DNA of 32,000 nucleotides from Microcystis aeruginosa NIES-2549 (GTDB lineage: Bacteria; Cyanobacteriota; Cyanobacteriia; Cyanobacteriales; Microcystaceae), in NCBI RefSeq assembly GCF_000981785.2, contig NZ_CP011304.1, positions 960,001-992,000 on the forward strand, in the 5' to 3' direction. Below the pieces are notes generated by a model. It did no database searches. It saw only the letters and a program-made list of their open reading frames with translations, and had not been told where the DNA came from. Shown piece by piece: positions 31,728 to 32,000 of the stretch (within the stretch, counting starts at the first letter, position 1; each line of letters opens with the position of its first letter). A program made the translations under genes and the position numbers.

Positions 31728-32000
31728 TTAACCTAGACGATTGTGCAGTTCTTGGAGGGCTACTTTAGTCTGTAGAGGGTCTTCAACTAATTTAGCGATA
31801 GGAATTTGATGAGTCCAAGTGTCGTAAAAGGCCTTAATTTTATAGTAAGAGCCTGGAAAGACAAGATGGGGAATATCAAGCAGCAGACATAAAATATGAA
31901 CATGAAGACGATTAGTAATCACGATCGGATATTGTTTTAATTGATAGATGCCACTGTGCATTAAACTCCATGATTTCTGATGGAGACGAGGATTATCTAT
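31728..32000 (-). CDS. Polysaccharide pyruvyl transferase-family protein, C-terminal part (gene continues past right edge)
   Basis: The frame is open to position 32000 (IDNPRLHQKSWSLMHSG...). ITNRLHVHILCLLLDIPHLV resembles the T.RLH..I.a.llG.P motif of PS_pyruv_trans proteins. Confidence 0.5.
   Translation of the reverse strand: MDNPRLHQKSWSLMHSGIYQLKQYPIVITNRLHVHILCLLLDIPHLVFPGSYYKIKAFYDTWTHQIPIAKLVEDPLQTKVALQELHNRLG

Noticed and set aside
30536-31768. ORFs 30536-30781(-), 31130-31396(+), 31405-31611(+) and 31436-31768(+) overlapping the 718-aa PEP-utilising gene and its upstream region
   Set aside because: They are shadow ORFs of a well-supported long gene, Arg/Ser-rich with no motifs. 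The part of 31436-31768 in the intergenic gap has no RBS or recognisable similarity.

Overview
This is a 32-kb cyanobacterial chromosomal window. It has frequent HIP1 GCGATCGC palindromes, STRR-like heptamer arrays and dense MITEs. The repeat style and gene content look Microcystis-like, but I cannot verify that without a search.

The left two thirds is core and housekeeping. It holds a PspA/IM30 cluster (pspA, vipp1 and a truncated, MITE-disrupted third copy) preceded by a proline-rich membrane protein. It also holds pntAA-pntAB-pntB transhydrogenase, a bifunctional nuclease, rpsD, a DUF29 protein and larC divergent from a TsaC/YrdC-like gene. Further on are hspA, hpf/lrtA, lipB coupled to a membrane pentapeptide-repeat protein, a COG1900/DUF39 protein, and a SAM methyltransferase followed by hupE.

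From about 21.9 kb the DNA turns AT-rich and accessory. It carries an AraC regulator, an arylsulfatase stump, and two decayed IS630-family transposase remnants bracketing one intact GIY-YIG nuclease gene.

The right end has the most unusual coding content and is my best candidate for an undescribed system. A 916-aa protein fuses a PlsY-like membrane domain to a PEP-synthase/rifampicin-phosphotransferase-type ATP-grasp plus swivel-His module. It is convergent with a second, three-domain PEP-utilising enzyme that is co-oriented with a polysaccharide pyruvyl transferase.

Intergenic DNA is dominated by a polar composite repeat family, (TGTGGGG)n-GAGAA-linker-second heptamer array, at 6 or more loci that usually abut stop codons. 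There are also at least four MITE families (six copies). Two copies have inactivated genes, and their target-site duplications allow the original frames to be reconstructed.

I saw no rRNA, tRNA or CRISPR array. All functional calls come from motif recognition by eye, not from database searches.
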